Source: Azolla caroliniana (lineage: Eukaryota; Plantae; Polypodiophyta). Taken from it: DNA of 64,000 nucleotides. The notes beneath the pieces were generated by a model. It was not told the DNA's origin, did no database searches, and saw only the letters and a list, made by a program, of their open reading frames with translations. The stretch is from contig JBHGNT010000003.1 of assembly GCA_043228905.1 (NCBI GenBank), positions 3,906,001 to 3,970,000 of the forward strand, read 5' to 3'. Shown here one piece after another: positions 36,416 through 49,604 of this stretch. Within the stretch, counting starts at the first letter, position 1. Every line of letters begins with the position of its first letter. The position numbers were made by a program, and so were the translations under genes.

Positions 36416-36620
36416 ATCTCGATTTCTCGAGGGCTTCTCTGAACTCATTGGATTTTCCACCTCGTTAGGATGAATTTTGTGATGGGTTGGGAGATGAGGC
36501 CTCTCCATGGAAGGACTGGATGGATGTGTGGAGGGAATGCAAGAAAAGAAAGAGTTTGACTATGAATGAACAAGAAAAAAAGAATGGAAATGTAAAACAG
36601 AAAAGGGCTCGATGATGCCA
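36416..36620 (-). pseudogene. Decayed 5' end (5' UTR and first ~30 codons) of another TRN1-like paralog (E)
   Basis: CTCGATTTCTCGA..GCTTCTCTGA...GATGAGGCCTCTCCATGGAAGG...GCAAGAAAAGAAAGA aligns by eye with the starts of copies A (4865-4965) and D (43805-43985). The ATG equivalent is at 36508. Confidence 0.7.
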
Positions 36621-38195
36621 AGGATGAATCAATCCAAGACCAAATTACAGGCTACATTGTCGAGATTCTTGGTTGTTGAAACCAGTTTTGGAAAAAGCTA
36701 TGCAGATAGATGATGTGAACGCAGTCACATAATCTCTTTTTCAGTTATCTTTATGTATCTTGGCATTTACTAATGGTTCATCTAAACAACTAAAAATCAA
36801 TCCCGGATGCTAATAGCAGTGATAAGAGCAACAACAACAATAGTCATAGTCATAGACCTTAGGTGCCACTGGTAGATTGAATCAGCACCAACTGTTAAAG
36901 ATACCAACAATGTGAAGATCCAAGATGTCTGACACAACTGGATTGTACATTGAGTTCATCAACTTATTTCAACTCACCTGAACAGTGCTTAATGCCCAAC
37001 TAGTCAAGATCGATCAAATCAAGCAGCCAATACACCTAGTTAATGCTAAAGAGGCCATCCTATATGCTTTGAATTGCTCCCCAAATTCTATTTTTCGAAA
37101 ATATTAATCACTAAAGAAGTATCTTCTCAAGCGCCCAAAATTTGCCTTAGGACAATTAACATATCAAGAAATCCATATATTCCTTTGTTGCTAATCACCT
37201 CCAACAAGTTGCCTCATTATCTAATATCATTCTCCATCCCATCTTCCATCATGACACCCGCATCTTTTGACCTAGGGGATTCAGACTCGTATTCAACAAG
37301 TCTATATGTATACATGCAGGATATGTTTCTAATCCTTTGTCTTTTTCCTTTCTTTTCCTCTTTGTTTGGTGTTTGTCTTTTACATTGCCAATACAAACTA
37401 GAGGTTTTGTTCTATACAAAATAAATGTATTATTTGGTGTAATTTGTTTGTTTCTTATCGATATTGGGTAGTATGGCTATTCATTTCTTAATGCACAATG
37501 TTTTAGATTTTTTGTGACCACCCAGAGTGAATGTGTTCCACGGCACAACTAACCTGTTTTATGGATATGTATTGGTCGAAAAGTAAGTGTTTTCGTTCCA
37601 ATTTGTGTATTGCATGTTATCTAACTGCTAGTTTGGTTTTAGAAAATATTGCTTGCTACATAGATGAATTCTTGTTTATCCTTCATATAAATCTGTTTTA
37701 TTCACCCTTGAGAGTATGCATAGGCTCCATCCATATGTGTCTGAAATAGATGTTACCTACTGATCTATGTCCGGGAGATCCACATGGAACACATTGTGAC
37801 TTTGAGCATCATGTCCTGTGGTCGTGGTCATTTCTATGATAGTCTGTAATCTAACAACTCTTCCGCCATTGAAAGTGTCATGCTAGCTACAATAGGTATT
37901 CTCAATGTATGTTTATCTATGATATCAATACTTCTTCATCCTTTACTAAATAATCTGTGTTAAAATCAGTGGTATCATGCTTTGATCTCATAATAATAGG
38001 CTGAGCAACGGTGCACATATTCAATCTATGTCAATACAATTCCCATGCTCAAACCTAGTATAGAGCTAGGTGGATCATTTACCTGTGATGTTAACCTGCA
38101 TTTGTACCTTACAAATTTTTTCTTGTAACTTAGAAATTTTAGAGACAGGCTGAATAATTTGTACAATGCCTGATCGTGCCTTTATTCTTATATAG

Positions 38196-38530
38196 GATGA
38201 ATTTTACTACCACTATATTTTGAAAAATGATCTATTTGGACTGGTTGTTGAAGCCTTCTTAGCAAATGGGTGTCGTTACAATCTTTTGGATTCAGTTGGT
38301 CTGGATCTTTTTAACACAATCCTTGTGGTTAATGAATTTCAATATATTTGAATGGACAAGAATATGACGACGAGCACATGCGTTGATTTATCAGGTCCTG
38401 TTTAGCCTGCATACTGCGGGTGGCTTTAATAATAGCTTGGACTCATACATTGTGCTGGATGATGCAAAATCTCAGCCGATTTATATAGTAGAAGAATATT
38501 ACGATAAGTTGAAACATAATCATTACTTGA
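38196..38530 (+). pseudogene. PP4 regulatory subunit 3 (SMEK/PSY2L) gene fragment: one clear exon and a probable next exon
   Basis: AG|38196-38327|GT encodes DEFYYHYILKNDLFGLVVEAFLANGCRYNLLDSVGLDLFNTILV, matching the conserved PP4R3 F.ANG.RYNLL motif. A weaker match follows at about 38458-38530. Confidence 0.72.
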
Positions 38531-38927
38531 AATATGTTCGAAAAGAGCTCCTAAAATCAAGAGACCTTATCCCAATAGGGAGAAACTATAAGCTAAATGA
38601 CTCGGGAAGGTTTTGCCTTACTTTCACTACGGATTTGTTCCCCACATATGTCAACTATTGGAAGATTGAATGCCTTGAATACTATTTACTCTCACTCATC
38701 GACTTGAGAATTTACGTGACCACGATTATGATGGACTCTAGAGTCATGCACCACCAATTTGTAGGGTTCTCCTCGTAAAAAGAAACAACATTTATCCTTA
38801 GCCCATTCACTTGATCTAGTTGAAGATCATGAGGAAGTTCACAAGGCAACATCCATAGAATTTGTAGGGTTTGTTGAAGTAACTACGTTCTTTACATTTC
38901 TTGGTCTTCTTGATATGTTCATTCTAA

Positions 38928-39168
38928 GTGTTTTTCACTATTTTAGAATGTAGAGTTACGAACATAGAATCTAATTCAAGGGTCAACGTCAATGCATTCT
39001 ACAAGGTAAAACTGATGAACCGATATAAAAACTTATTAGGGATGTTTTTCACTATTTAAGAATTTAGAGTTACGTTCATAGAATCTAATTCAAGGGTCAA
39101 AGTCAATGCATTCTACAAAGTAAAAATGATGAACCAATATAAATGATATAAAAACCTGTTAGGGATGT
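38928..39168. repeat. ~114-bp tandem repeat, about 2 units (same family as 15172-15443)
   Basis: GTCAA(C/A)GTCAATGCATTCTAC at 38982 and 39096. Confidence 0.9.
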
Positions 39169-40015
39169 AATATATCACTTAAGAGATGAGATGTAAGAAT
39201 TTGATGCAATCTAACCTAGGCAAGAATATGATGAGATGTAAGAATTAGCTTTTAATAGTTTAAACTATAGGAATAAATCCAATGGATTTATAAATCTTTA
39301 AGATGCATGGGCCCTAACATGCTCAACCAAACCAATCCTTCCATGAATTTCTCTATAATCATAGTCTGCAGTCTCAATCGTGAAATTTCTTAGTAAAGCT
39401 CTTGAACATTAATAGTTACTACTCACTTCCCTATGTATTACATGATGTCACTTTTTTTTAATGGGTATCCTAGTTCAACTTAACCTCCAAAAACAATAAT
39501 AAAATCCATCTTTCTCTCACTCATTGATAAAGAGATTCGTATTGAGAACTTAAATCTAAGGTTTCACTAATGTTCTAATATGTGATTCATAACTATTTGA
39601 AGTGTTTTTATCTCATTTGATGTGCTTTTGTACATCGTTTCGCTCATTCAGTGGTAGATGAAGCCAAATTATGTTAAGATAGTTAAGGGAGCAGAGGCAG
39701 AATTTTCCTTATGTCTAATACCCTATTTTTGATAACTAAAGAGTACTTGTCAACCATTCTTGCAAGTTACAACTTCACTTGAGAAGAAGTTGTGCACTTG
39801 ACGCAACATACCTAGAAGAGACACATTTAATAAGAAAAAGACATTGTACACTTAATTGAAGTATACAAATAACCTTGATTAGTATCGGTTATAAAACAAG
39901 ACAATTATTTCTAGTTGCAGAATCCCATCTAAATTCAAAAAGTGAATATTCAAATGTTTATATTAAATATGGGCAATAGACCTTTCTATTTAAACCCACA
40001 TAGCAAATATATAAT

Positions 40016-43000
40016 TTAACTTAGAGAGAAGGACCTTTTTCCTTCAGAGTGCATCTTGCATAACCATGCAACTTGAGTACTCCTGCCACCTTCATCATAG
40101 ATGGTACGCTTGAGATGGAACTTCTTAGCTATGTTTTGGTTTGTTAAACCTCCATTTTCTCTTAATATAGATGCCAAGCACTTTTGCCACTCTTTGGAAG
40201 CACACTCTAGTGTACTTAGAAATATATCCTTTTTTGATTCAAAACTATTTTGTATCATAGGATATTGTTTTGCTAGTTTGAGGTGGGTTGTCCAATCAGG
40301 AATAAAGGAGCTTCCAAGAGGCACCATAGATGAAATACCGAGTCGAGCAGCTATCGTCAACACATGAAACAAACCATTGATATATGGAAGAGCTTTGTCT
40401 AGATACTTTGAATGAGACTCTGACAAAGAGGTGAGAGTGATACCAAGCTGGTTTTCTACTGGGTGTGGCATTTGTTTATCCTCACAATATAATTGGATTC
40501 TTAGAAATTTGCCTCCCAAAATTCGAGGCACCCATCTCAAAAGTTCCTCAAAGGTTGACTCGGGAAACTTAGTCGTAAGGAGGGCAACACGAGGGAGTTG
40601 CTTCTCAGCCTCATTCTCTACAACCATTTTCAATAGCTTACTTATAGAGTTCTCAACCTTGTCCATAACATCATTCCTCATATATTGAAGTTCTTGATGC
40701 ATTTTGTCCAGTTCCTTGATCATTTGATCCATCTTATCATGTAACTTGAGGACTTCATTGTGAGTGACATCCATTTTATGATGTAAACTTAAAAGTAACC
40801 TTACCATAGCCTTACTAGATTGTACCTCTCTTGTCTCTTCTAAAGTTAATTGATCTTCTTGCATGAGGCCATATTCCAAGCTAGTCGTAATCACATTTTC
40901 ACGACTTCGATATTTCCTAGATTCATCGACAATTTCATCATTCTCCAATAATGCATCCCTCAACTCCACCTCAAACCATTCCTTATATGATTTGAGGACC
41001 TCCCCATAATATTCTAACCCGAGGAGATCAATTAAATCGCTTGATAATGGATAGGGCATATGCCTAGTCCGTTTCCAATCATATGATTCTTTCTCGCCTC
41101 GCTCAAGCTTTTTTCTTAATTGTTTCTTCAAATAAGTTACTTTCACGCATTGATCTTCTCTACCTTGCACCATTGATGGATAGAGTAAACAGTCAGGCCG
41201 GATGACACTCTCGATCAACTTGACCCCTTGCACACCGGTGGGTTGTGCACATATTGTAGTCAAGTTGGTGATGATACTCTTTTCCACTAAGGTTAAGTTA
41301 CTTAGCATGTCTTGTTGAGTATTATTTTGAGCCCGAACTAGGACATCTATGACATGGTTTGATATTGCTAGGCAGAACATGACGATGATCTCACTCTTTG
41401 GAAAACAAATGGATATGAAATCTTTGCCGAGTGTGATGTCAGCATTATGATCCTTAGATTGGAAAGCATTGCTAAATAATGCTTGAATTCTTGGAAATAA
41501 GCCTGGTGTAAAAAAGGTGAGGAATTTGTTCTCACACTCTAACCTTCTACCCATATACAGAAAAGTATCATTATCATCCATTCGTGTGGACCATTGGAGT
41601 TGTTCGACACCCACATCTGATAACATGGCTGGGATAAAGATATCTTCACATCTTTTGGGGACTTTGCAAGATAGGTGCATGGCTTCCATTAGGTCTACTA
41701 GTAATGAGCCCTTCACATTAGATTTGGTAATGGATTCAAACTTATGCTTTAGAAAATGCCGAGGGATGCATCCTTTGTCAAATCCAACGATACCCTTGGA
41801 TGCTCCAGACTTTGGGAAACCAATGAGGCTTCCTATAATCTCATTGCAAAACCAATTGGGATCGAGAATAATGTGTTTGAATCCGCTTATGTAGATGATC
41901 TTCCCAACCTCATTTAAGGACAAAGCGATGACATTTAATTTAGCTTTATCATTATTGCAGATTTCGATGAATTTCGTCCATGTAATAATTTGTTCATTTG
42001 TGGTCTTGGAATGATTCAAGAGATTTTTGCTTACTTGCGTGCAGATGTCGTAGATCTCAATACCTTGGAGTACACCTTTGGCAATGTTGAAAATACATTG
42101 TGCTATATGTTTGACAAAATCCTTCTTTCTTGCATCCACGTCAAAAGGAGGGTCCACAATTTGAATCACGGATTTGAATTCTGACCGAAGTGAGTTGATT
42201 GAATTTGAGAGAGAGCTCGAGACGAGATCCATTTGATCTGCTCGCGTGAATACCAGGATAACTTTCAGAGGAATGATGGATTGAGGGCTTTTGGAGGCGA
42301 GGAACTTGAGCCAGTACCTGAAGCTTGCTTCGAAGTCCCCGACTCTTTTCTCTGAACCTCTATCGCTACTTTGGCTGTTCATGGGGCTCCAAACGAACAT
42401 GAACATGGATGGAACATGATAAGAGCTTGTTGCTATGTCAGGGAACATGCAGTCGTGGAATGCGTGGAATTCTTGCTGGCCTGCCATGTCCCACAATGAC
42501 AGTCGAATTCCATCCTTTTTAATGGCTTGCACCTCGATTCCTTTTGTGCGTTCTCCAGCAAACAGGGCTTTCAACCTATCTCTCTTTCGACCATAGATGG
42601 AGCGCATGGTGGATACAAGGGTAGTCTTTCCTGCGCCAAACAACATGCAGTGCAAGTGTGTTAGTGTGTGTTTATCCTCATCAATCTGATTTTCAGTATT
42701 TGAGAGAGTGTGGCGGTCATTCATGTCTTGCCTGCGAATGGATCTCCGCAGATGAACAATCGGATGGAGGTCGCAGGCACTCGTTTCAAATCTGATCCCA
42801 ACATGAAATTGCGCTGGTTCCTCCACAGCTGTGCCTCGATGGCAGGGTCCTTCCTATGAAGGCCTTTAATGTCAAAGAAAGGAAGGCCGGACAGAGAGAG
42901 TGCATCCACTACTGCAACAGTAGCAGATCGGCTTAAATCACCTCTAATGTTGCGTAATTGAAGGCGGTATAATTGAGGAGGTGAGGAAGGGGTGTTTCCA

Positions 43001-43896
43001 ACTGTCTCCGCCCCCTTCTTTGGCGGTGCTAGGTGTCCCATGAAATCCATTAGCTCCTCCTCTGTCGTTCCCGGTGAACTGTATAAAGAGAGCTCTTTGA
43101 GATGTGGCCAGTGCCGCAGGAAACCAGTGCTTCTTCTCCAGTCAATGGGTACGCCATTTATATGCAGTATGTGGAGAGAGGCTGCGAGGGGTGAATGTGA
43201 GGGATGAAGGTCTGCCAATCTCCCCACAAACTCTCCGGAAGACACTCTCACACTGTCAAGGTGGAGGGATGTGAGGGAGGTGAAGTCGCGTAACAGCTCC
43301 ACGCACTCATCGCTCATTTTCATGGACTGAAGGGAGAGATGTTTGAGGCGTTTGTTTTTCTTGAGGGCACTCAGAAGACGATGAGTATCCTTAAATGATG
43401 GTGCCTCCATGAGGAGGCTGCTGGGGGCTGCATCGAGATCTGCGGCCTGAGAGAGAGCCTCAACCCAAGCCCTCTCCTCCTCTTGGGTTAGATTCCATCG
43501 ATACAGGAGGAGGAGATGGACAGCTCGTCCGGTGAGATTGGCGGCAGCTGTGAGGATGGCCATCCGTAGTTGTTCAGTTGTGGAGGCATCATCTCTGAAA
43601 TCGAACATGATGTCTCTGCTCCCCCATTCCCAAGCTCCATGTTTTACCCGTTCACCATATGTCCCATATGACCCATAACTTATCCCATTCTGTTTTCCCT
43701 TTTGAAGTTTGGTGGTATCCACAAGGAAGAGGTTCTCAACATTGGCGAGCTTAATTAGCAGATCATGAGAGGTTGAGGTTGAAGTGAGGTTGAGTAGAGA
43801 TGCTCTCGATTTCTCGACCGCTTCTCTGACCTCATCGAAGTCCCAGACCGTGTGGATGCGTTTGTGAGGGGGTGGGAGGTGGTGAGACTTCTCCAT
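40016..43896 (-). CDS. TORNADO1-like LRR-ROC-COR (ROCO) GTPase, copy D; complement(join(40016..42630,42732..43896)), 1259 aa
   Basis: ATG at 43896 (MEKSHHLPPP, matching copy A). A 101-nt GC-AG intron at 42631-42731 restores CGDPFAGKTT. Domain layout matches copy A, and the 3' flank is also homologous to that of A. Confidence 0.88.
42631..42731 (-). other. 101-nt GC-AG intron in the P-loop of copy D
   Basis: GCAG|GCAAGA donor and TTTGGCGCAG|GA acceptor. Confidence 0.82.
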
Positions 43897-45714
43897 GGAA
43901 TGAATGAATGAGTGAATGTGTGTATGTGATGGATGCAAGAAAAAGAAAGACCGTGACAATGAGTGAAGATGAAAAAGAATGGAATGAATGTGAAGGAAAG
44001 TTAAGGACGAGTCTTTGACGTTAAGTGAATGTGTTATGAATCATGATAATAAATGAAAATATTAGCCGATTATATTGTTATATTGATTTAAAGGTACAAA
44101 ATTGTGGCTTAGTAACAGGACATGACTTACTCTCTAAACCCTGAACCCCATTAGATAATGCGTATGCTCGTAAGAGAAGCTTATCCCATTATTTTTTAGT
44201 GAGAGGAAAACATGAGTTATTCTCTAAACTTTGAAACTTAGCTAATAATAGTTATCTAGTATGCTCATAAGACAACCTCATTTTATGATTGGCTTCCATG
44301 CAAGCATGCACTTGAGAGAGAGTTTAACATCCCATCAAATTTCCTACAACAAAGATCCTAACAAAAGTATATAAATATAAATATAATAGTAAATAGACTA
44401 TAGTACACATGTTGTAACTTGGTTAAACTTTGATCCTTCAAACGTAAGGAAACTTACATGATTGTCATCTAAATCGGTCTTAATGATGTTGTCCTAAGCA
44501 AAAGGTTTGAATTGAATGGGTTTAAGTTTACAATGCTTATGCCCATGTATAAGATGAATAAAGCTAGATTCAACCCACTAAACAAGGAACCTAATGTTGA
44601 ATTTTGATGAACCATACTCCACCATTGGTGGTGGAGCAACTATATTCATGGGTCACTTTCTGGCTCGAAGCTTATAATTCTAGGAACTAGTAGTGATCAA
44701 TATCAATGTGATGTCATAATTATTCGATATCACGATCTTGGTCTAGGTCGTGTGGTTGAGCGTTATAATTCAATATTGGGTCTATGTAAGCTCTCTGTCG
44801 TTTTCACTTCACTTACAATATTGAGGTGGTAGAAAAGTAAAAGAATATGGGGGTGCATTGGGCAATGTGTCAAAATGAAAGATATAATTATATCAATACC
44901 ATTATTAATAATAAATTCAATGTTCACCAAAACTACCCACATTACTTTAGAATTTCCTCCCTAATTTATTAAAGATACCTCCATTACATATGTCAAGATC
45001 TACCTAGATGTGCTAGATAGCAAGGTTTCTTTCTTACACATGGAGTAATTCATATTCATAAAGAGGCCCCGTAGATATTTATCCAACATTCATCTAGTAG
45101 TATAGTACCATTCAAGACAACTCTACTCCAACTTCCATGGCTCAAATAATGTTCAAGATGTATAGCTATTTATAATGACTATCGCAACCAACACATTGAC
45201 CTTTTTCGTGAAGCATTTCAAGTAACAAGAGAACTAAACTATTCACAAAAACATCCATTGGTTCAAGCAGGGCCTAAAATTGACAGGTTAGTCTTAAAGT
45301 TTTTTCACAGGCATTTTTTAAAGATGTATGTCCTATGACATAGATTGCAAAAACATAATATTTCATTTGACATATAGATTTTAGAAATGAAAAGCTCTAT
45401 GTAATGTTACATTGTTATATATTTCATTGCTATAGAAAGTACACAAAGATACACAAATCAACATAACTACCTCACAAAGATAATGAAATACGTAAAATAA
45501 ATATCATGTTAATGTATTTAAGCCAAAGCACAAACAAGATATTTATCGATAATCATAATCTATTCTTGCAAAGTGGATACAATAAACATATAAATTGAAT
45601 ACTTAATCATCATATATTCCGTAATGCCCAAAAAGATACAAAAATGTTTATCATACCGTAGCTCGTCTTACTAAGCATTGTGCATTATGTGTCTACTTCA
45701 ACGGTACCATCCTT

Positions 45715-45884
45715 CCATCTTTCTCTTCAAACCAAAGGTTAAATATATCCTTCCAACAAATGTTTGATATCTCTTGAGCATTTAAGGATATAAACATCAA
45801 AGAATCTAAAGTTTCCAAAGATAAACCATTTCTAATCTTGTTTTTTATGATATTTTGACGTGAAAAGCCTCGTTCACATGCAAC
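45715..45884 (-). mobile_element. hAT transposase C-terminal dimerisation-domain remnant
   Basis: The minus strand translates VACERGFSRQNIIKNKIRNGLSLETLDSLMFISLNA. Confidence 0.75.
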
Positions 45885-46592
45885 TATTTTCTATACTAAT
45901 AAGTTATTACTAACTTTAATTTGTTAATAAAGCATAGATGATACTTATTAGTAATAACTTAATAAGTATAAAAAGAATGATTAGTAAAAGTTTTAGTTTT
46001 AACTTAGAACTTATGTACTAAAAGTATTTCATTTCAATATAATACAAACAACCAAGTTATTGCTTAGGTAATGCAAAAACTATATTGTATAATATTATAT
46101 AATGTGATAGATGGTAACTTACCTATTTAAAATGTTGAAGCTTGAAGGATGTATTCTTCTATTGTTGTTGCAGAACAACTACATATAAAATCAATAAATT
46201 TTAAGTGGAACAATAACCTGCTAACCTATTAGAAGTACTCACTCACCTATTTTCTATACTAATAAGTTATTACTAACCTTAATATTTTCATTAAGCATAG
46301 ATGTTAGTAATAAGTATAAAAAAGATGGTTAGTAAAAGTTTTAATTCTAACTTAAAACTTGTGTGCTAAAAGTATTTCATTTCAATATAATACAAACAAC
46401 CAAGTTATTGCTTGGGTAATGCAAAAACTATATTGTATAATATTACATAATGTGATAGATGGTAACTTACCTATTTAAAATGTTGAGGCTTGAAGGATGT
46501 CTTCTTCTATTGTTGTTGCAGAACAATTACATATAAAAGCAATAAATTTTAAGTGAAATAATAACTTGCTACCGTAGTAGAAGTACTCACCT
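45884..46592. repeat. ~360-bp tandem duplication (AT-rich, with minus-strand GTAAGT/GTGAGT donor-like sites)
   Basis: CTATTTTCTATACTAATAAGTTATTACTAAC at about 45884 and 46247, with collinear downstream sequence. Confidence 0.85.
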
Positions 46593-46900
46593 TTGTTCTG
46601 TATTAATGTCATGATATGACAAGACTCGAACCCATGACCTTATGGTATATGGGTCGAGCTCTTAGCATTAGACTATATATTATAAAACAAAAAATATTAT
46701 TTTTATTTAAGTTTTATTATAGGAAATTGATGTATATTCTAGAGTTTTAGAAACTTCAGAAGTACTCTTGAGAACACTATAAAAGGAGGCACAAGACATT
46801 ATTTCGAACCAAATCAGTTCAACGCCAGTCTTAAGCCCCCTAACTACTATTGTATATTGTCTTCACATAATATATATCTTTTATCATCATTCTCTCTCAC

Positions 46901-46957
<57 letters not shown>

Positions 46958-49604
46958 TTCCTTCTCTCGAGAGTTCTACACCTCTCTTAGTACTAATCCT
47001 CATCTTTTAGTACTAATTCCTTCTCTGTCTTAGTACTGATCCTAACTGTTTGAACTGATTTGGTTTTCTTCCTTCCGTATCTTCCTTTCCTCCTCTTCCT
47101 TTTATCTTCTTACATATTCCCTTCATACTAATCCTCTTATCCTCCCTAGTAAAATGGAAACTATTAGCGCTCAGGAATACCAATATGTTTTCTCAGAGCA
47201 CTAGTGCTTAAAAGAGAAATTTGTAGCACTAGAACAAGAAAATCATCATTTGTTCGGGGATCTTTCAACAAATAGCGTTGGAAAAACAACAACACGGGGA
47301 GCTGACGTTACGTGTACAACAACTCGAAGCGACTATTGTATCATTACAACAACAAGGATCAAGCACTCAAGGGATTCACAAAGAACCCAAGATCGGTCTT
47401 CCTGCAAAATTTGATGGGACCCGATCACAGTTTAGAGGTTTTTCGAATCAGGCACGTTTAGTGATACAAATGCATCCTTCTCGATATCCCACCGATGCAT
47501 CACGAGTGGGACTAGTAGGCACTCTCCTTAGTGGCTCAGAGTTAGCATGGTTCGCTCCATTGTTGGAAAATGAATCTCCATTACTAAACAATTTTGAAGA
47601 ATTTATAAGTGAGTTTAAGGCTTGTTTTGGAGATACTGACAACATAAGGACTGCAATCTAGCGATTATGCCAAGGTGATCGTCCAGCCTCTACATACGCT
47701 GCAGATTTCCGCCTACTCGCTGCTGATATCCCTTGGGATGATCAAGCATTGATGTAGCAATTTCGTTATGGTTTACGCAACGATGTCAAGGATTTACTCC
47801 TGACCTTCCCCGAAGAGCCAAAGTCATTAACAGAAGCAATCAGTCGCGCGGTGAGATGCGACAACCGCCTCTTCGAATGACGTTCGAAACAATAATTCTA
47901 GATGCCAAGGGCAAGATCAGAGCCCACCTATGCCTCAGTGGTAGCGAAACCTTTTCCAAGGGAGTCATATACTGCACCTCTAGTGAATACTCGGACTTCG
48001 ATGGCGATTGACACTACACGTCGTCGAGGGCCATTGTCCGAAGAAGAAAAGCAGTGACGCCGAGCAAATCGACTATGTCTTTATTGCGGTGGACCAGAGC
48101 ATATTGCAGTAAATTGTCCCCATAGGCCAAGAAGACAGGTAAACCAAATAGTTGCTAGTTCTAATTGTACTAAACCCGAGTCTATCTCAATAGGAATATC
48201 TGATAGTCCTAATAGTACTAATAGCCCAGATCTAGCGAACAAATTTGATGTCCTTAGTTAGTTAGAAGAAGAGTTAAACGACTAAGTCCAGCCAAAATAG
48301 GAGCCGTTTGGTTGGACAACCCTAGATCTATGCAACCCATTAGTGGTTCCATTCCCTCTAAGCAAGTTAGCAATGTGTTCGTAGCCCAAGTAACATTTAG
48401 TACTAAAAGTACCCCTCCAGTACATGTCTTAGCACTTCTAGATTCCAGAGCTAATTCTTGCTTCATGGATAGGAATTTTTCCCAAGCTCATCAAATATCT
48501 CTCAAAAAACTCCCATGTCCAGTCTATGTAGTAGTCATTGATGGTCGTCCCATTGCTTCCGGAAATATCATAGAAGAGTTAGAGCCCGTTAATATTGTCC
48601 TAGATAACTTAGCGTGTGAAGTCTCATTTAATATAATTAGTATCCCAGAACATCCCATTGTTTTGGGATTACGATGGTTCGAGTTACATAACCCAGACAT
48701 ACATTGGAGAACCAGAGAAATCCAGTGTCAACAAACCTAAGGATCTACTCAGAAGATTGCAACCATTTCACTACATCAGTTGCGTGAGGAAGGACGCAAG
48801 GAGGAAATGTTTCTCTTCGCAATATCAGTAAAACCCTCCAGTACCACAAAAGAGGAGTCCACCGTTCAACTCCAAGAGAAGTATCGTCATTATGCCGATG
48901 TGTTCGATAAAGTACAAGCCAATACGCTGTCGTGAAGAAAACCGTCCACAAGCGGAATCGGTGCACAGGAGCGTAGGAACCGGCTCTTCTCGAATGTTGT
49001 CCATAGAAGATCCTAGGCGGGTAGATTTAGTGGGTAGGAAGTAAAGGGGAAACGGCTCCTTCCTTGCCTATAAAAAGGAGGGAGACGAGAACAGAAAGGG
49101 GATCGCGGAGAGTCGAGGACGAAGTGCTGTCGGTTTGCGTGCGAAGGCTTCTCTCTCTCTCTCTCTCTGGTTCGCAAACTCCATAGCTCCCTTCTGTGCA
49201 GGTTTCGGGAGGCTCGCGCTGCTCTGAGGAATGCCCGAGTGCTTCCGGCAGCACCTCCAACCTGCTCCTGTCTTTCTGTGCGTTTACGAACAGGCATCGG
49301 CATCTGTTCGCCGGCCTGTTCGGTTGTAACCGACTTCGTGTTTTTGTTGCTTCCGTGTTCTTGTTGTTGTCTTTGTTAATACATACATACATTCGTGTCT
49401 CTCTGAGTCGTTGTCCCACTCGCGTCTTTGTGTCGAAGGGTCGTGTCCCTGTGAATCTACGCTCGCACGTAGTGGGTCTCTTGTCCTTTCTCTCTTGCTC
49501 TTCGGTACAGGACCCCTGAGGTCCCGCCTCATTCCACGCATCCGCGAGGAATACCTCGACATCTTGGTGAACCCAACGTGAAGGAGGCGGCAGAAGAGTA
49601 GAAG

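Noticed and set aside
33620-38190. Short ORFs and possible further exons in the AT-rich interval
   Set aside because: No motif I could identify with confidence apart from fragment E. It may hold decayed PP4R3 exons or TE remnants.
43897-43959. Upstream start of the 412-aa ORF
   Set aside because: It is a TTG. The ATG at 43896 matches the start of copy A.
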